Shown: positions 13,375-25,512 of the stretch, in pieces
Position numbering within the stretch: the stretch's first letter is position 1
Layout: every line of letters begins with the position of its first letter
Origin: Leptogorgia sarmentosa
Lineage: Eukaryota
Length of the DNA: 64,000 bases
Direction of reading: 5' to 3'
NCBI GenBank assembly: GCA_964658305.1
Contig: OZ210885.1
Coordinates: forward strand, 6,324,001-6,388,000
Notes under the pieces: model-generated
Database searches by the model: none
What the model saw: only the letters and a program-made list of their open reading frames with translations
Told to the model about the DNA's origin: nothing
Position numbers and translations under genes: made by a program

Positions 13375-16364
13375 CAGTGTGACCAGATATTTCCCAAGGC
13401 AATTACTAAATTAGCATGCACAAAATTACTAAAACGTGGAAAAAATTACTAAATTTTTTCTGTCAACCGAGTGTCTAAAAATCAGTAAAACAGGGATGGA
13501 TGGCTAAATAATAGCCTCATTCCTGGTAAACCGCTAAAATTAAACAGTGCAACGGAAATCTTCGTAAACATTATTTATTCAGTTATTCATTGAATAAATA
13601 TAATGTGCTCGGTAATTTAAATGTTAACAGCAAATTAAACAAGTTTCCCTTAGTGATAACTATTCTCAAAAATCAGCCCTAGGGCATAAAACTGTACAGT
13701 TCGGTTGATCATAGTGATTATACATCATCATCTTCGGACTCATTTGCAGCGTCTCCATAGATAACCTCGACAGCGGTATACATCTCTTTATTGCACCGAT
13801 CAAGCGTCTCTTTCGTTGGTTCAAAGTTTTCGCAAGACCCTGACATATGCTTAATTCCGTCTTTAACAAAAATGAGCGATGCCACTCCTTCAGTTGAAAA
13901 ACGGTTTCTTTGTTTCGTTTTAATCAAATTCAGCTGAGAAAATACCCGCTCACAATCAGCATTGCTAATGGGTAAACACAACATTGCCTTCACAAATCTT
14001 CCTAAAATACGGTATTTCTCCTTGAGCGCTACATTGGCCCAAAACTCTTCAGTTGGCGATGTGGCACATTTATCAGCTAATTCTGATATTTCTTCATCAA
14101 AACTCAGTTCCCTCCATTCTTGGTCAAGGATCTGAAGCCTTTCTATGCAAATGACATGCGGAAATTTCGAAGCAACGTCAGCGATACTTGGAATCGTTCC
14201 TGATATTGCTAACTGTGAATTCAGGAACCTTAACTGGCGCACTAGGGGGTTGTCTATGGGCAATCGTTTCTTCAACTGGAAGGAAAGCTCTATCAAAAAT
14301 TGCTGACATCTCTGAAAGCACTCGTTAATCATTTCCTTTCTGACATTCTTGTAGGCGTCAGAAACAAGGAGCCTTGCTGCATCTGTTCCCATATAAAGCT
14401 GTGCTAGTGGTAGATGGTTCGCAGGGTTTCGAACGTCAATAACTGCCACGTCACCTTTAAGGAGTATCGGCTTTACAAAACAACTGAGGATTGATTTATA
14501 AGCCGATATGCAATTTGGATAAAACTTGTGAATAGCTGGCGTCTCGGACTGGAATATCACATTGAGCTTGTTCACCAGGGGGATGATGTAATTCAGAAAT
14601 GTGAAATATAGTTTTGTAATGGCATTGGATAACTGCTCAAACAAGAACTGAGAAGCTTGCAAGCGATCGACTAAATACTGTGATGTGAAATACAATTTCA
14701 AGGCATCGCATTGACTAAGAAGACGCTCAATGCACGTTCCAAAAGAAAGCCATCTTATATCGTAGAACCTAAGCATTCTATATTGTTTGGACTCTGTAAA
14801 CTCCTGGAACTCTTTAAACTCATTACACCGTTTGCTTGAAAGGGCAAAATAATTGTAACACTCTTTTACAACCTGCTCTAAGTTTCGTGGAAGGAGGGCA
14901 CAAGCGTGGGAAACTGCTAGTGCACATGAATGACACGCGCATTTGATAGCCAGACAATTGGGATTTTCTTCTTTTATACGACTAGCAATGCTATTGTTTT
15001 CGCCAAAAATTATGTTGGTTGTATCTGCTGCAAATCCAACTAATTGCGTAATTTGAACATCATGCTTTGCAAGATCAGTTTTCGTTAGTTCAAAGAGATC
15101 AGCAGCCGTTTCTCCTTGCACTGGGACCAGGTTTAATAATCTCGTGTCTACCCTCAATGCTTTTTCGTCAAATAGTTTAATGACGATCGCCATGCATTTT
15201 GTTGTTCCCTTATCTGTAGTTTCATCAATAATAACCGAAACTGGACTTACTTCCCCATTCTCCCCCTGAAGACTTTTTCTAAGCTGAGTCTTGAACTCTT
15301 TTGACAAGACATTGTATGTCATGGCAGCAGTCTTTGTGCATCTGCACGAAAATTCACTAGCGATCGCTGAATCTGTAAAGGTCCGAGATATTATGGTGGA
15401 CAAGTGATCCATTACTCGAAAAGACAAATTGTGCTCAGCAAGAAATGCACAAAATGTTAATTCTGCTTTCTTTACTTCATTGGAAAGGCTGTTAGCAGGT
15501 TTAAAATATTTGGAAAGCTAAAAATTCAATATACAATTTATGAAGGTGAAATCAAAATTGTCTTTTGACACAAAAACATCGCACAAAACTCAACAGGCTT
15601 ACGTACTTGGGAAGAACCAGACGATGTATTCATGAGGGACGTATGCTTTGAACTCTGGCCATGTATGCGAATGGTAGCTAATCTTGCTTGAATCTCGCAT
15701 CGACATACTTTGCAATAAGCAGTGTCTGCAGTCTTACCCTTTGTTAGCCACTTTGAAAATTCCGGCAACAACGCCCACTCGTTCTGATAATGCTGCTTGT
15801 ACTTTTTTTCACCTGTATTTTGAGTTTTGGTCGTGATCTTTCTTTTTCTTGTATCCTCTTTGCCTTTCTGGCTTTCAGAAATTTCATCCTCGTCGCTTTC
15901 CATCACTGAAACTATGTTTTTTTCATGTTTTTCATTCTCACCTGTACTTTAATTGATCGTGCAGTGCAAGTGTACAAATATGGCGTCGCTACGTCCCGAA
16001 GGTATTTTCGCGCGTACTTAATTTCGCGATTTTGTCAAACGCCATATTTCGCGGGACTTTATTTTCGCGATTTTGGGCATTAAATTTCGCGAAATTAGAT
16101 ATTTCTGAACATTTATTATAATTTTCTATAAAAATTAAAAATGGATGTACAGATTTTCAGGTATAGATATTTGCAGGCATGGTTCTACAGCTGTTCTGAT
16201 TGAATTTTAGAATAACATATGGAATTTTATCCGATTACCAAAATATTACTAACTTTTGGCAAAATTACCAAAAAAATTACTAAAAATTTTCAATTACCAA
16301 AAAAGTCCGAAAAATTGCCAAATATTACCAAAAGTAATTAAAATTACCAAATCTGGTCACACTG
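13375..16364 (-). mobile_element. Full-length hAT DNA transposon (2990 bp)
   Basis: Perfect 14-bp TIR CAGTGTGACCAGAT; 8-bp TSD TGGCAAAC (13367-13374, 16365-16372); AAATTAC(T/C)AAA subterminal repeats at both ends. Confidence 0.95.
13718..15906 (-). CDS. hAT transposase, 699 aa after splicing (exons 15906-15607 and 15517-13718)
   Basis: BED-like CKVC..H....H, IIDETTD, FAADTTN, CACH, RWLS, SNADCERVFS. An 89-nt phase-0 GT-AG intron; no stops. Confidence 0.9.
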
Positions 16365-16448
16365 TGGCAAACTATGTGCTACGCTGAGAGGACAGAAGGC
16401 GGGGCAAATTATTATTCAGTTAAGGTGGACGTTAATGTTAAAAATATA

Positions 16449-17454
16449 CAGTGGGGGTCATGAGTCTGAGTCCATTCGATATTTGTTCTGCATTTACGAT
16501 AAATAGTATCTTATAAGTTGGGAAATTACATATGATTATCTCGACATGCGCATTATATGCTGCCAATGCCTCCCACATTTTCTCTAGTGATGTTTGTGAT
16601 ATTTAAGTTATCATAGTAATAAATAAAACCATTGCTGAGAGCTCAAAATAAAAGAAAACGATTGTTATGGGCTCGAAAATTCAAAGGCTACACAAAAAAG
16701 GATTGGGAGAATGTTCTTTTTACCGATGAATCCAAATTCGAACTATATGGAAATAAGCGGCGGATTTACGTTAGACGTCGCAAGAATGAAAAATTTCTCA
16801 GTTCTTGCATCAAACCGACGGTGAAACATGGTGGTGGGAACATTCAAGTTTGGGGATGCTTCAGTTACAAAGGTGTTGGCGATCTCTATAAAATTACGAA
16901 CAATATGGAAAAAAAACAATATCATTCAATCTTACAAAGACATGCCATACCATCTGGATTAAAGTTGTGCGGCAAGGGTTTTGTGTTGCTGCAAGATAAT
17001 GATCCAAAACACACGTCTCATCTCTGCAAGAACTACTTGAAGAGAAAAGAGGAAAAAGGAGTTTTGAAAGTTATGGATTTCCCTTCTCAATCTCCAGACC
17101 TAAATCCGATTGAGAATTTATGGGATCACTTAAAGCGAGCGAAATTAAAATATAATTCCACGAGTAAAGACAAGTTGTGGGATGTCCTAAATCAATGTTG
17201 GAATAACATTATGCCAGCAGTTCTAAGGAAACTTGTTCACTCCATGCCAAATAGAGTTAAAGCTGTTTTAAAGGCAAAAGGAGGTCATACAAAATACTAG
17301 GATGATGTTAGTTTGACACAAATCGTATAACGTCTTCTAATGTTCATGTGTTATACCGTTTGTGTGCACTTGTGTTGTGTTGAGGAAAATGTATTGAAAA
17401 ATGCAATTCAAGACAAAATCATACTGACTGGACTCAGACTCTTGACCCCCACTG
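16449..17454 (+). mobile_element. Tc1-like element (DD38E spacing), internally deleted, 1006 bp
   Basis: 26-bp TIR CAGTGGGGGTCA(T/A)GAGTCTGAGTCCA with TA target duplications. Confidence 0.93.
16632..17300 (+). pseudogene. Tc1 transposase catalytic domain lacking the N-terminal DNA-binding region
   Basis: FTDESKF, TVKHGGG, QDNDPKH, SPDLNPIENLW, KGGHTKY. Confidence 0.9.
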
Positions 17455-19449
17455 TATATGCTTAGCTTGCATGTTTTGGAGTTAGTTAAAACTGCATGTG
17501 TTTACGTGATGTGCGAACGGTAAACTCTGTAACTGCGAGGGAACTTATGTAGAAAACTTATGCTAACCGGATAATCAGCTAACCTGTGTGATTCTGTGAA
17601 TACAAACGTGGAAAGCTTCATAGAAGTGAGTTTTGTTAAGCATTTACATTATTGGGAGATATATTTACAATAGTTTAGTAAGGGATATTTTTGTCATTTA
17701 ATTTTAGATCGAATAAAATCATACAATATACGACTCGCTCCACGTTTGTACTTTTGTATAAGGCTTGTCGAGCTCGGATCGCTCCACTATGTTTAGGTGA
17801 TATAAACACCACGATCGGTCATATATAAACAACAAGAAGGTTGACTGAATTTGTTGTTGTCCTGTAGTTGTTGCAGTGAGAATACCTTTACAGGTGTATA
17901 TAGTACCTAATACAGTTCATCTAACATAGTAAACATATGTGAAGACATGCTCACTACAATAAAACACCTGACAGTATTTTCATACAACTTAAAATTAAAT
18001 TAACCTCCCTTTTGATGTTCAACTTTGTCGATTCAGATTCAGTAATAATTAGAAGTATACTACACAAACCAAAAAATGAGAAACAATGATTCACACAACT
18101 GAAGCAGAATTTCAGACATTTACCAAGTAATGCGATATGATCTCGTGAGGAAGCTCTGTAGCTTAACAGACAAATACACTAAATCCTATCTCAAATATGA
18201 GCAAATGAATTGGATCTCAAATACCCCATACAACTTTTTCCCTAAACCTTGTCTTTTATATTAAACACTGTATGTTACATACCACACAGTGTGGAGTAGT
18301 GGAGTACTTGTGCAGTACTATATCTATAGCAAACAGAAATTATTTCATCTGCATATGAAACAAAAGTTTTATTTGTCTAAATGTGTTAAACATACAGTAC
18401 CTAAGTTACACTGACACAATTAGATATATTGGCAGGTACCTGAACTGAGCGTTTTTGAGGAAAATATATTGTAACCTGAAGTTACACGTTTGATAGGAGG
18501 ACGATATTCAACTCTCTTTTCTTGCCGCAAATTTTCTTCCTCCTCTGGACCACTGGTTGTTGTTTTTCGTTTTCTTTTCTCGTTTCCAATCCATTTCTAT
18601 ACATAATATATAATAAAAACATTCAATGTATACAGGAATGGCTGAAAATCGAGGGAGAAATCATATTTTCAATAAGATTGCTGCCATCTTTATGTATAGT
18701 AGGCCTATATATTAATATATGCAAGTACTGTTTATATTTACATTATTCACGACAGGAACAGTACCTTCACTTTTTCAAAGCTTATTCCCGTTTCCTCAGC
18801 TGCCTTTAACATCAATTCATGCTTGTCCTTTGAAGATGAATTCGTCCCTTTATCATAAAAAGTACGCAAAACTTGCTTTTCATCTTCGTTTAATACGTCG
18901 TAACTCCTAACAGAAGCCATTTTGTTATGGAAAGCATGTCTGATGTAAGCGCGTGAGCGCGTTGCGTTTCCTCATTAGAGCCACCTTTAAAAAGGCTGCC
19001 AGATTGGCTAGATGATCATCTCTGTCACATATATGCGACGTTCTACATTTTAGAATTCTCACTATATGTGATTTAGAACATGAGGAACGGGTGTTTGTCT
19101 CGCCCATTGCTATATAAGCTTTTACCTGACTGCAAGTTTGTTTTATATCGACTATGTCGTGTCGAGTGGAAACGTCCAAATCTTCAAAGAAAAAGCTGTT
19201 ACCTATCATTGGCTATGTGCATCAATTATTGTAACACTCAACAGCCATGTGTTAAAAGATTCGCCATCCCTTCCGTTAAATGTAAGCAAATTTAGTTTGC
19301 CAGGATACCAGGTCATAATAGAATTTTTTATATTTTGGTAAAATCAACAAATCGTGACCGTCTGCCATTATAACGCTTTTTCTAATAACTAGAGTACAAT
19401 TTATACCATATATATTTACTATTTAGTACACATTCAATACTTGTTGGCA

Positions 19450-20113
19450 GTGAGCAGTTGAAGAAGCTGTCAGCCAGCAAAAAAGTCTCTGACGTGCAGG
19501 TTCTTGCCATGAAAACTGAATGTAAGGAGGCATTGTTAACAATTATTAAGCACCTGTTGCTCAAGTCACCTTGCAGTATAGGCTGGTGAGAGCACTCAAC
19601 TGTCTGAGTCCTCAGATGATTGTAAACAAGTCAGAGAAATGTGTGAATAAGTTCAAAATTGTACTTAAAGTCGTTGTAGATGCTAAGAAACTAAATGAGG
19701 GTGATGTTGACCAAATAAAACATCAGTTCAGTTGCTTCCTTGATGAAGATGTGTCCCACTACACAGTAAAGCTGGGTTCTTTTGATCATAAGAAAGAAGA
19801 TCAGCATATTGAGCAGTTGTTTTATGAAATGTTGTCCTCCAAGCAGTGCCACAAGACGTTGTGGGCAGTTATCAAGCGTTTGTTGACTATTTCTCATGGT
19901 CAAGCCACAGTCGAGAGAGGTTTCTCAACCAACAAGCAAGTGTCTGTGGACAATTTACAGGAGTGCTCTTTTGTGGCCTTGAGGCAAATCAGTGATTATA
20001 TCAAGACAGTGAATGGTTCCCTGAATGTCAAGATCACCAAGAGTATGATATCATCAGTTGCAACGGCAAGGCAGAAGTACAAGTACATTGAAGGGCCTGT
20101 GAAGGAGCGATAA
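19450..20113 (+). pseudogene. C-terminal fragment of a hAT-like transposase
   Basis: LLTISHGQATVERGFSTNK dimerisation-region motif. Confidence 0.65.
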
Positions 20114-20255
20114 CTTCCAGCGGCGAATCAGTACAACTTCCGGCCAACCCATCAAAGAGAGCATAACGGTGCAAAACAGAACCCGATTTTTACCATGTAT
20201 GTTTACCTGTTGATCTGACCAAATTCATATTGGTATTGTAAAATTACTAACAAAC

Positions 20256-20416
20256 CTTCCCACCAAGGAAGAACTCCAATTTAATTTCTTTCCCATTGAC
20301 ATCTATCTTGCCAGCATTTATTAACTCATTGATCTCTTGAAACAGTTCTCTTCCAGCTGTTTGAAGTACATTATAGTCTTCTTTTCTATTTACAATGCCA
20401 AATGGATGAATACCTT
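20256..20416 (-). pseudogene. Isolated exon of a possible RAG1/Transib-like transposase
   Basis: AG/GT-bounded exon reading EGIHPFGIVNRKEDYNVLQTAGRELFQEINELINAGKIDVNGKEIKLEFFLGGK. Similarity judged by eye. Confidence 0.35.
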
Positions 20417-20897
20417 CTGTTCATATATAATTTAAATAGATTTATGTCATTTTAATTTTAAAAATAATGCATTAAGTTGACATTCAATTTCTAGCGATTT
20501 ATGTTTCAATAGATTTTATCTTCAATATAATTAACATGTAATCGCATGGGGTCCTCGTAAAATTAATTATTTCAGTAAATAAACTTAACTGAAACCAGTA
20601 CTTACCATCTCAAGAATATATACTTGGCATATACCATCTTTCTGCCATATTTCGGTTTTCGTTCTATACATAACTGAAAAAATAATATGAAAATCAATTC
20701 GATAGTTGGAAAAATTACGTTTATAACGACGTACATCCTTTAGGATTACCATGCGCTTGAACAGTTGAACCACTTTGTTCAATCAATGTTTCATGTTTGC
20801 AACGATGTCAATGTCTGTTTCTCTTCTTGCCATCATATTATATAATTCGATACAACTTTAAACAGTTATGAAAATAAAATACAATAAGAGTTATTAA

Positions 20898-21313
20898 AGT
20901 ACTATGAAACGAAAATGTTTGTTGTGAAATATGAGAACTTTTAAAATTGTAGTACAAGTTCTTTTATTTTTTTTTATTACAGTGCCTTGTTGACGAGATA
21001 TTTCAGTTTGAATCTTTTCTTTTGCCCGCTAATTACGTCACACATTGCATAATGAGTTGTTGTTTAATGCTAGTTATCTGTGTCCTCAATGAATAAAATT
21101 CTTGAAGTAATGGCATAATATATAGATTAAGGACAAACAAAACCATATCTTTATAATGAACAACTTTAAAGTCTGATTTTTTATGACTCATGCAATGTGT
21201 GACATAATTAGCGGGCAAAAGAAAAGATTCAAACTGAAATATCTCGTCAACAAGGCACTGTAATAAAAAAGAAAAGAATATTTTGCAACAAAAATTTTCG
21301 TTTCACAGGCACT
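20898..21313. mobile_element. Kolobok-type foldback MITE (416 bp)
   Basis: TTAA on both sides, AG...CT termini, long arms (about 20972-21050 vs 21190-21270 near-perfect). Confidence 0.8.
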
Positions 21314-21537
21314 TTAAAAGCATATTGAGTCATGATCTAACGAGAATTGCCCACCTGTGTATGGATTTATTCGAGATTCAAAATATTCAGAATACTGGCA
21401 TGTCATCCTCGAACACATTTAATATGTGCAGGTAACATTGACAATCTGCAAATATTTCTTGCAGTTCATTTCTCTGTCAATCCTCTAACACATCTAAACT
21501 GATGCACAGGTAACTTTGACAATACTTTACTGATGCT

Positions 21538-22375
21538 TTACCGAAACAACACAAGTTTCGAACACTGTTTACGTATTGCTTTGTCATGCATTTTTCCATT
21601 TGTCTTTGTCAGATGGTGCAAACAAATGGTAACGTAGCATTGACAGCGACATTTAATCGGACTGAAGATATGATTGTTCTCTGCAGTCGAATCAAACATG
21701 TTTTGGTATAATGTACTAAAGACCCCACTCTCGACACATACTTGTAACACCGTGTTGGCAATTGCACTTGAAAGTCCGGCACTGTGTGGTAGGCCACCTT
21801 CATTCACATTGAGCAATTCTCATAACACACTTTTCTGTTTCCTTGCAGATTTTGAGAACTCCATCCGATGGCAGTTCTAGACCCCTGTTCGATTTCCAAG
21901 TCACAAATAAGTCAGGTCAAGGCCATTGTACACTGAGCAATGGATCTTTTTCTCCACCATCCTCACCACATACCCTGCAATATAGGATATTGCTGCCACC
22001 TTGTACTTGGATAGCCCTATTGCATTAGAAACATCACAGTAATCGTGATGAGTTGCAACTGGTTTCCTCAACTCCAAGTCGTATCTTCTAGCGATAGCAA
22101 CATCTGAAATCCCAGTTGGTTGGGAGTCAATCTCACACTGGTCTCTCACGCTGTTTAGTATTTCAGTATCATCTTGAGGAGTGCAGTTGCCACATCCTCC
22201 TTCGATGTTATGCCTCATCAACAGTTGCTTGGAAGCCCCTATGAACTGTTGTGTTGTTGGATTATTGCACCCTCTGGACGCTCGCACCACCCCAAAGAAA
22301 AGCTCCAAGTGATCTTGGCTCATCTTATATGTCAGCAGATACTTAAGGATACGATTCTCGCCGTCACAAATAAGT
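21538..22375 (-). pseudogene. P-element/THAP9-like transposase C-terminal fragment
   Basis: YLLTYKMSQDHLELFFGVVRA..GCNNPT..QF and ISYIAGYVVR motifs; frameshifted. Confidence 0.85.
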
Positions 22376-22735
22376 CAGAATGGAGATGTGGTTAATGGCC
22401 GAGCAGAAAAGAGATGAGGCATTCTTGAAACATCAGGAAAGACAAGCTGAGCTTTCTCGACAGCATGAGCTGCGTATGCTACAATTTATGGCCAGTCTAC
22501 AAAATAGAGGGAATTATCAACCTTCAAATCTGGTTCCAACCATGCACAGCAATCTACCTACCTAGGTATGCACACCCAACATCCAATGCAAGATATACAA
22601 CATCCAAATAATGAGCATCAAGGATGGTCTGTGTTGCATGAGCAAGCTTGTCCAGCAGCTTCCTACCATCCACCAGAAATAAGTACTTCAAATATTGAAC
22701 AAGTTTATACCAATCTTGATAACACATTTAGCTAA
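22376..22735 (+). pseudogene. C-terminal coiled-coil fragment resembling Harbinger Myb/SANT accessory proteins
   Basis: AEQKRDEAFLKHQERQAELSRQHELRMLQFM. Confidence 0.4.
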
Positions 22736-23497
22736 GAAGTTGAATAATACAACTTTTTAACATTCAACTTTTTGGAATAAAAGTATTATTTGTTCACACA
22801 GTTGATATTGCATATTCATGTCATGCTAAAGTACATTGTAGGCTATGGTTAAAATACCAAACTGCTACATTGTGTCAAGGCTTGGTTTTGTTGTTAGAGT
22901 TGGGAGTGATGCTTTTCCTAATTAGGTTTTAAAGTTATTGGGATATGGAATGTTTGTTTGTTCCTATTTCTTATCATTTCTAATAAACATATGTTGGCTC
23001 ATCAGGGGTGGAAAAAGTATCGGAACCTGGGAACCTAGTTCCAAGAAATTTTTTTTGGTTTGAGAGTTTCGCAGAAAATTTTCCAGAAAATATTTCAACA
23101 TTTTGAAATAACTTTTGATATAATTTATTTAGTATGTTCACACTGTACATACTAGCATAGCAACCTTCTAAACATTTCACAGAAATTAATTCTGTTACCC
23201 ACCCGGCCACCCCTGCCATCACATTGACTGACTCATTGGGGTAAATGGTAAAAATATGCTCTGTAAAGTCTCCAATAAAATGCAAATTAAATAGTAATGA
23301 CTGATGAATTATGCTTCAAATCCCAGTGGCCAGTGCTACAGTAACATGCTATTATTATTTAATAGTAATAGTATAGAATAAATAATAATAAATTAAAATA
23401 CAGTAAATTTAAATTTAAGTAGAATGAATTAATTCATTAATTTATAAATACAGAGTTGACACTCAGCTCACTATATTGACAATATATATATATATAT

Positions 23498-23764
23498 TTG
23501 GCCAATGAACTAAGTACTGTTCGACGCTAAACTGATGTAGACGAGTATGTCTATGACGCTTAGTATGATCCTTCCAATTACCAGGACAAATTCGTACTTG
23601 ATCGCGTAGCTCAGCTGGTAGAGCGTCGCGCTAGCATTGCGGAGGTCGAGGGTTCGAATCCTGTCCGCGGCAAGTCAGTTTTACTGCTTGCTCGCTTTGG
23701 TAATTTCTCACTCGAGAACACCTTCTACGTACCTATATACCGAGTGAACAAAAACAACACACCA
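23498..23764 (+). mobile_element. tRNA-containing SINE-like repeat inserted in (TA)n
   Basis: Flanked by TA runs on both sides; internal tRNA-like segment with A and B boxes. Confidence 0.65.
23600..23672 (+). pseudogene. tRNA-Ala(AGC)-like pseudogene / SINE core
   Basis: TAGCTCAGCTGGTAGAGC A box, CTAGCAT anticodon loop, GGTTCGAATCC B box. Acceptor and T stems are mispaired. Confidence 0.7.
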
Positions 23765-23855
23765 TATATATATATATATATATATATATTTAGTAGAATC
23801 ATACTCGTATACTATTGCAAATGCTGCAATTTGATTGGCTACTCTACTCGATATC

Positions 23856-25512
23856 TTTAGAGTTAGCTAGGAATATCAAAGAGGGGATGGACAAATTCAA
23901 CATAAAATCATCCCAGATTGAAGGAGGGTCGTTCGATGGTCAGTATTTTCATCTTGGTGTCCAGAAAGCCTTAGAATCACCAACGGTCTATGATCTACCG
24001 CCAAATTCTGTTTTCTGGGCTTGGGACGCCCTGCACAAAAGTGGTCTTGTAGATACCCACCTGTGTAAGGAAGAGAGATTCCAATGGCTTGTCAATGATA
24101 CGGAAGTGTGCTCCCAGCTTTTTAGAATGTTTAATTGGGGACAGAATCATGAAAAGCTAGTAGAAGCATCGGTGCTTTGGAAGCTCCACTTGAAAGAGTT
24201 AGTAAAGTTTTCAGAAACAAAGTTTGCCAACAGTCGTCGCCAGGTGTATATTAATATCCACCATGACTTACCTGCTATTATAACATGTCTAGAAGAGAAA
24301 ATTCTACTTTCTCATCAAAATCCAACAGAAGGGAAATTGAGAGAAAAGGCAGGTGAAGCAAAGGAGTTGAAAGGAAAATTGCTGAATGTACGATTCCTGT
24401 TAACACTGGCCGGTTGTGCTGATATTTATGATCAATATGGGAAGATAGTGAATGTAACACAAATTGTTAATCTTCTACCGCATGAACGCCTTGAGCTTTT
24501 CACGAAAGAGGTCAACGTGTTACAAGCTATGGTAAAGTGTCTTACCGACCACGAGAATTGTGGGAAATTTGTCGATGAAAAGGCCAAAGTAAAGTGCCTT
24601 TTCCCGATTTTTCATGATGACAAAGAGTCCCTGAGCACCAAAGGTGAGATTCGAAATGTTCCTGTTCTAGACCAAAATGCTGTTGTTGCTGCAGACTTAC
24701 TAAGCCGGACACGTAACATGAGGAGGCAAGCAACAATTTTGCAAAGTGTTAACGCAGAGAAACAAGTTGAGGAGAGATTGTCAATGCTCGTTTCAACATT
24801 GTATTCAGGTCTGAAAGACGAAGTGTTTGATGAACAAGCAGTCGCTACAATTGACCACACCAAAACTGTACTGAATTTACCAGACATTGCCTGTAGATTG
24901 AAAGCGCCAGACGGAGGACACATCAAGATCGCGGTTACCCAGGGTCCTGCTTTTGTCAATGCTGTCCGAGCAGTTCCTGTTCGATCTCTCAACGTTGTGT
25001 CCGATGACGAATTAAAGAGGCAGTACAGAGAATTCTTGAAACGATTGGAGGAATCAACGCGGCAATACTCTATTCAACAGCTACGTAAAATAGATCCAAA
25101 GGATATCCTAAAGCTGTTTTTCGATTCAGAGAGTGGTCTCTTTGTTGATATTGAAATGGTCATGCAAGCAATTAGCGTGTGCTGTGTCAAAATATCTTGC
25201 GAATCAGTATTGGAATCCCTTGTGTCGGTTTTCGAGAACCATTTTGATCCCAGGAGGAATATGAAGGAGGAAAGCACAACAGAGGAATTCACGATCGCTG
25301 TCAATGGACCTAGTCTTAGTCATGGTGATGCAGTTATCAGAGAAGCAATGACTTCATACTGGAAGTCCAAAGCCGAAAAAAGTGGTGGAAGCACTTCATG
25401 GCATTTCTTTAGAACAACAGTTTTGGAGCAGTTAAGGGGACACAGTGGTGGCTCTAAAGTTCTGGACAGGATGCTGAAGGGAAACAGCAAACTTCCTTTC
25501 ATGGATACGTAA
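23856..25512 (+). pseudogene. Divergent hAT-like transposase, N-terminally truncated
   Basis: GSFDGQYF, WDALH, FSETKFAN, SCESVLESLVS; lies between hAT-type TIRs. Confidence 0.7.

Larger units (their letters stand above)
10608..18920 (-). pseudogene. Six-exon gene: atypical homeodomain + HMG box + GTF2I-like repeat (exons 18920-18765, 18596-18440, 12866-12673, 12211-12064, 11990-11922, 11397 to about 10608)
   Basis: All five GT-AG junctions keep frame: MASVRSYDVLNEDEKQVLRTFYDKG...AAEETGISFEKVK|KWIGNEKRKR; SGYNIF...KWQSLSEEERKIWQDKA; VQDMFNKKYS|NACG..RVPY...GLPAGITFKKPSSYG. Frameshift near 11123 and a stop at 10731. Confidence 0.75.

Noticed and set aside
23600..23672. Functional tRNA-Ala gene
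   Set aside because: Acceptor and T stems are mispaired, and it is embedded in a repeat inside a transposon.
23815..23855. Start of the 565-aa ORF
   Set aside because: It appears to derive from an inserted repeat end rather than the transposase start.
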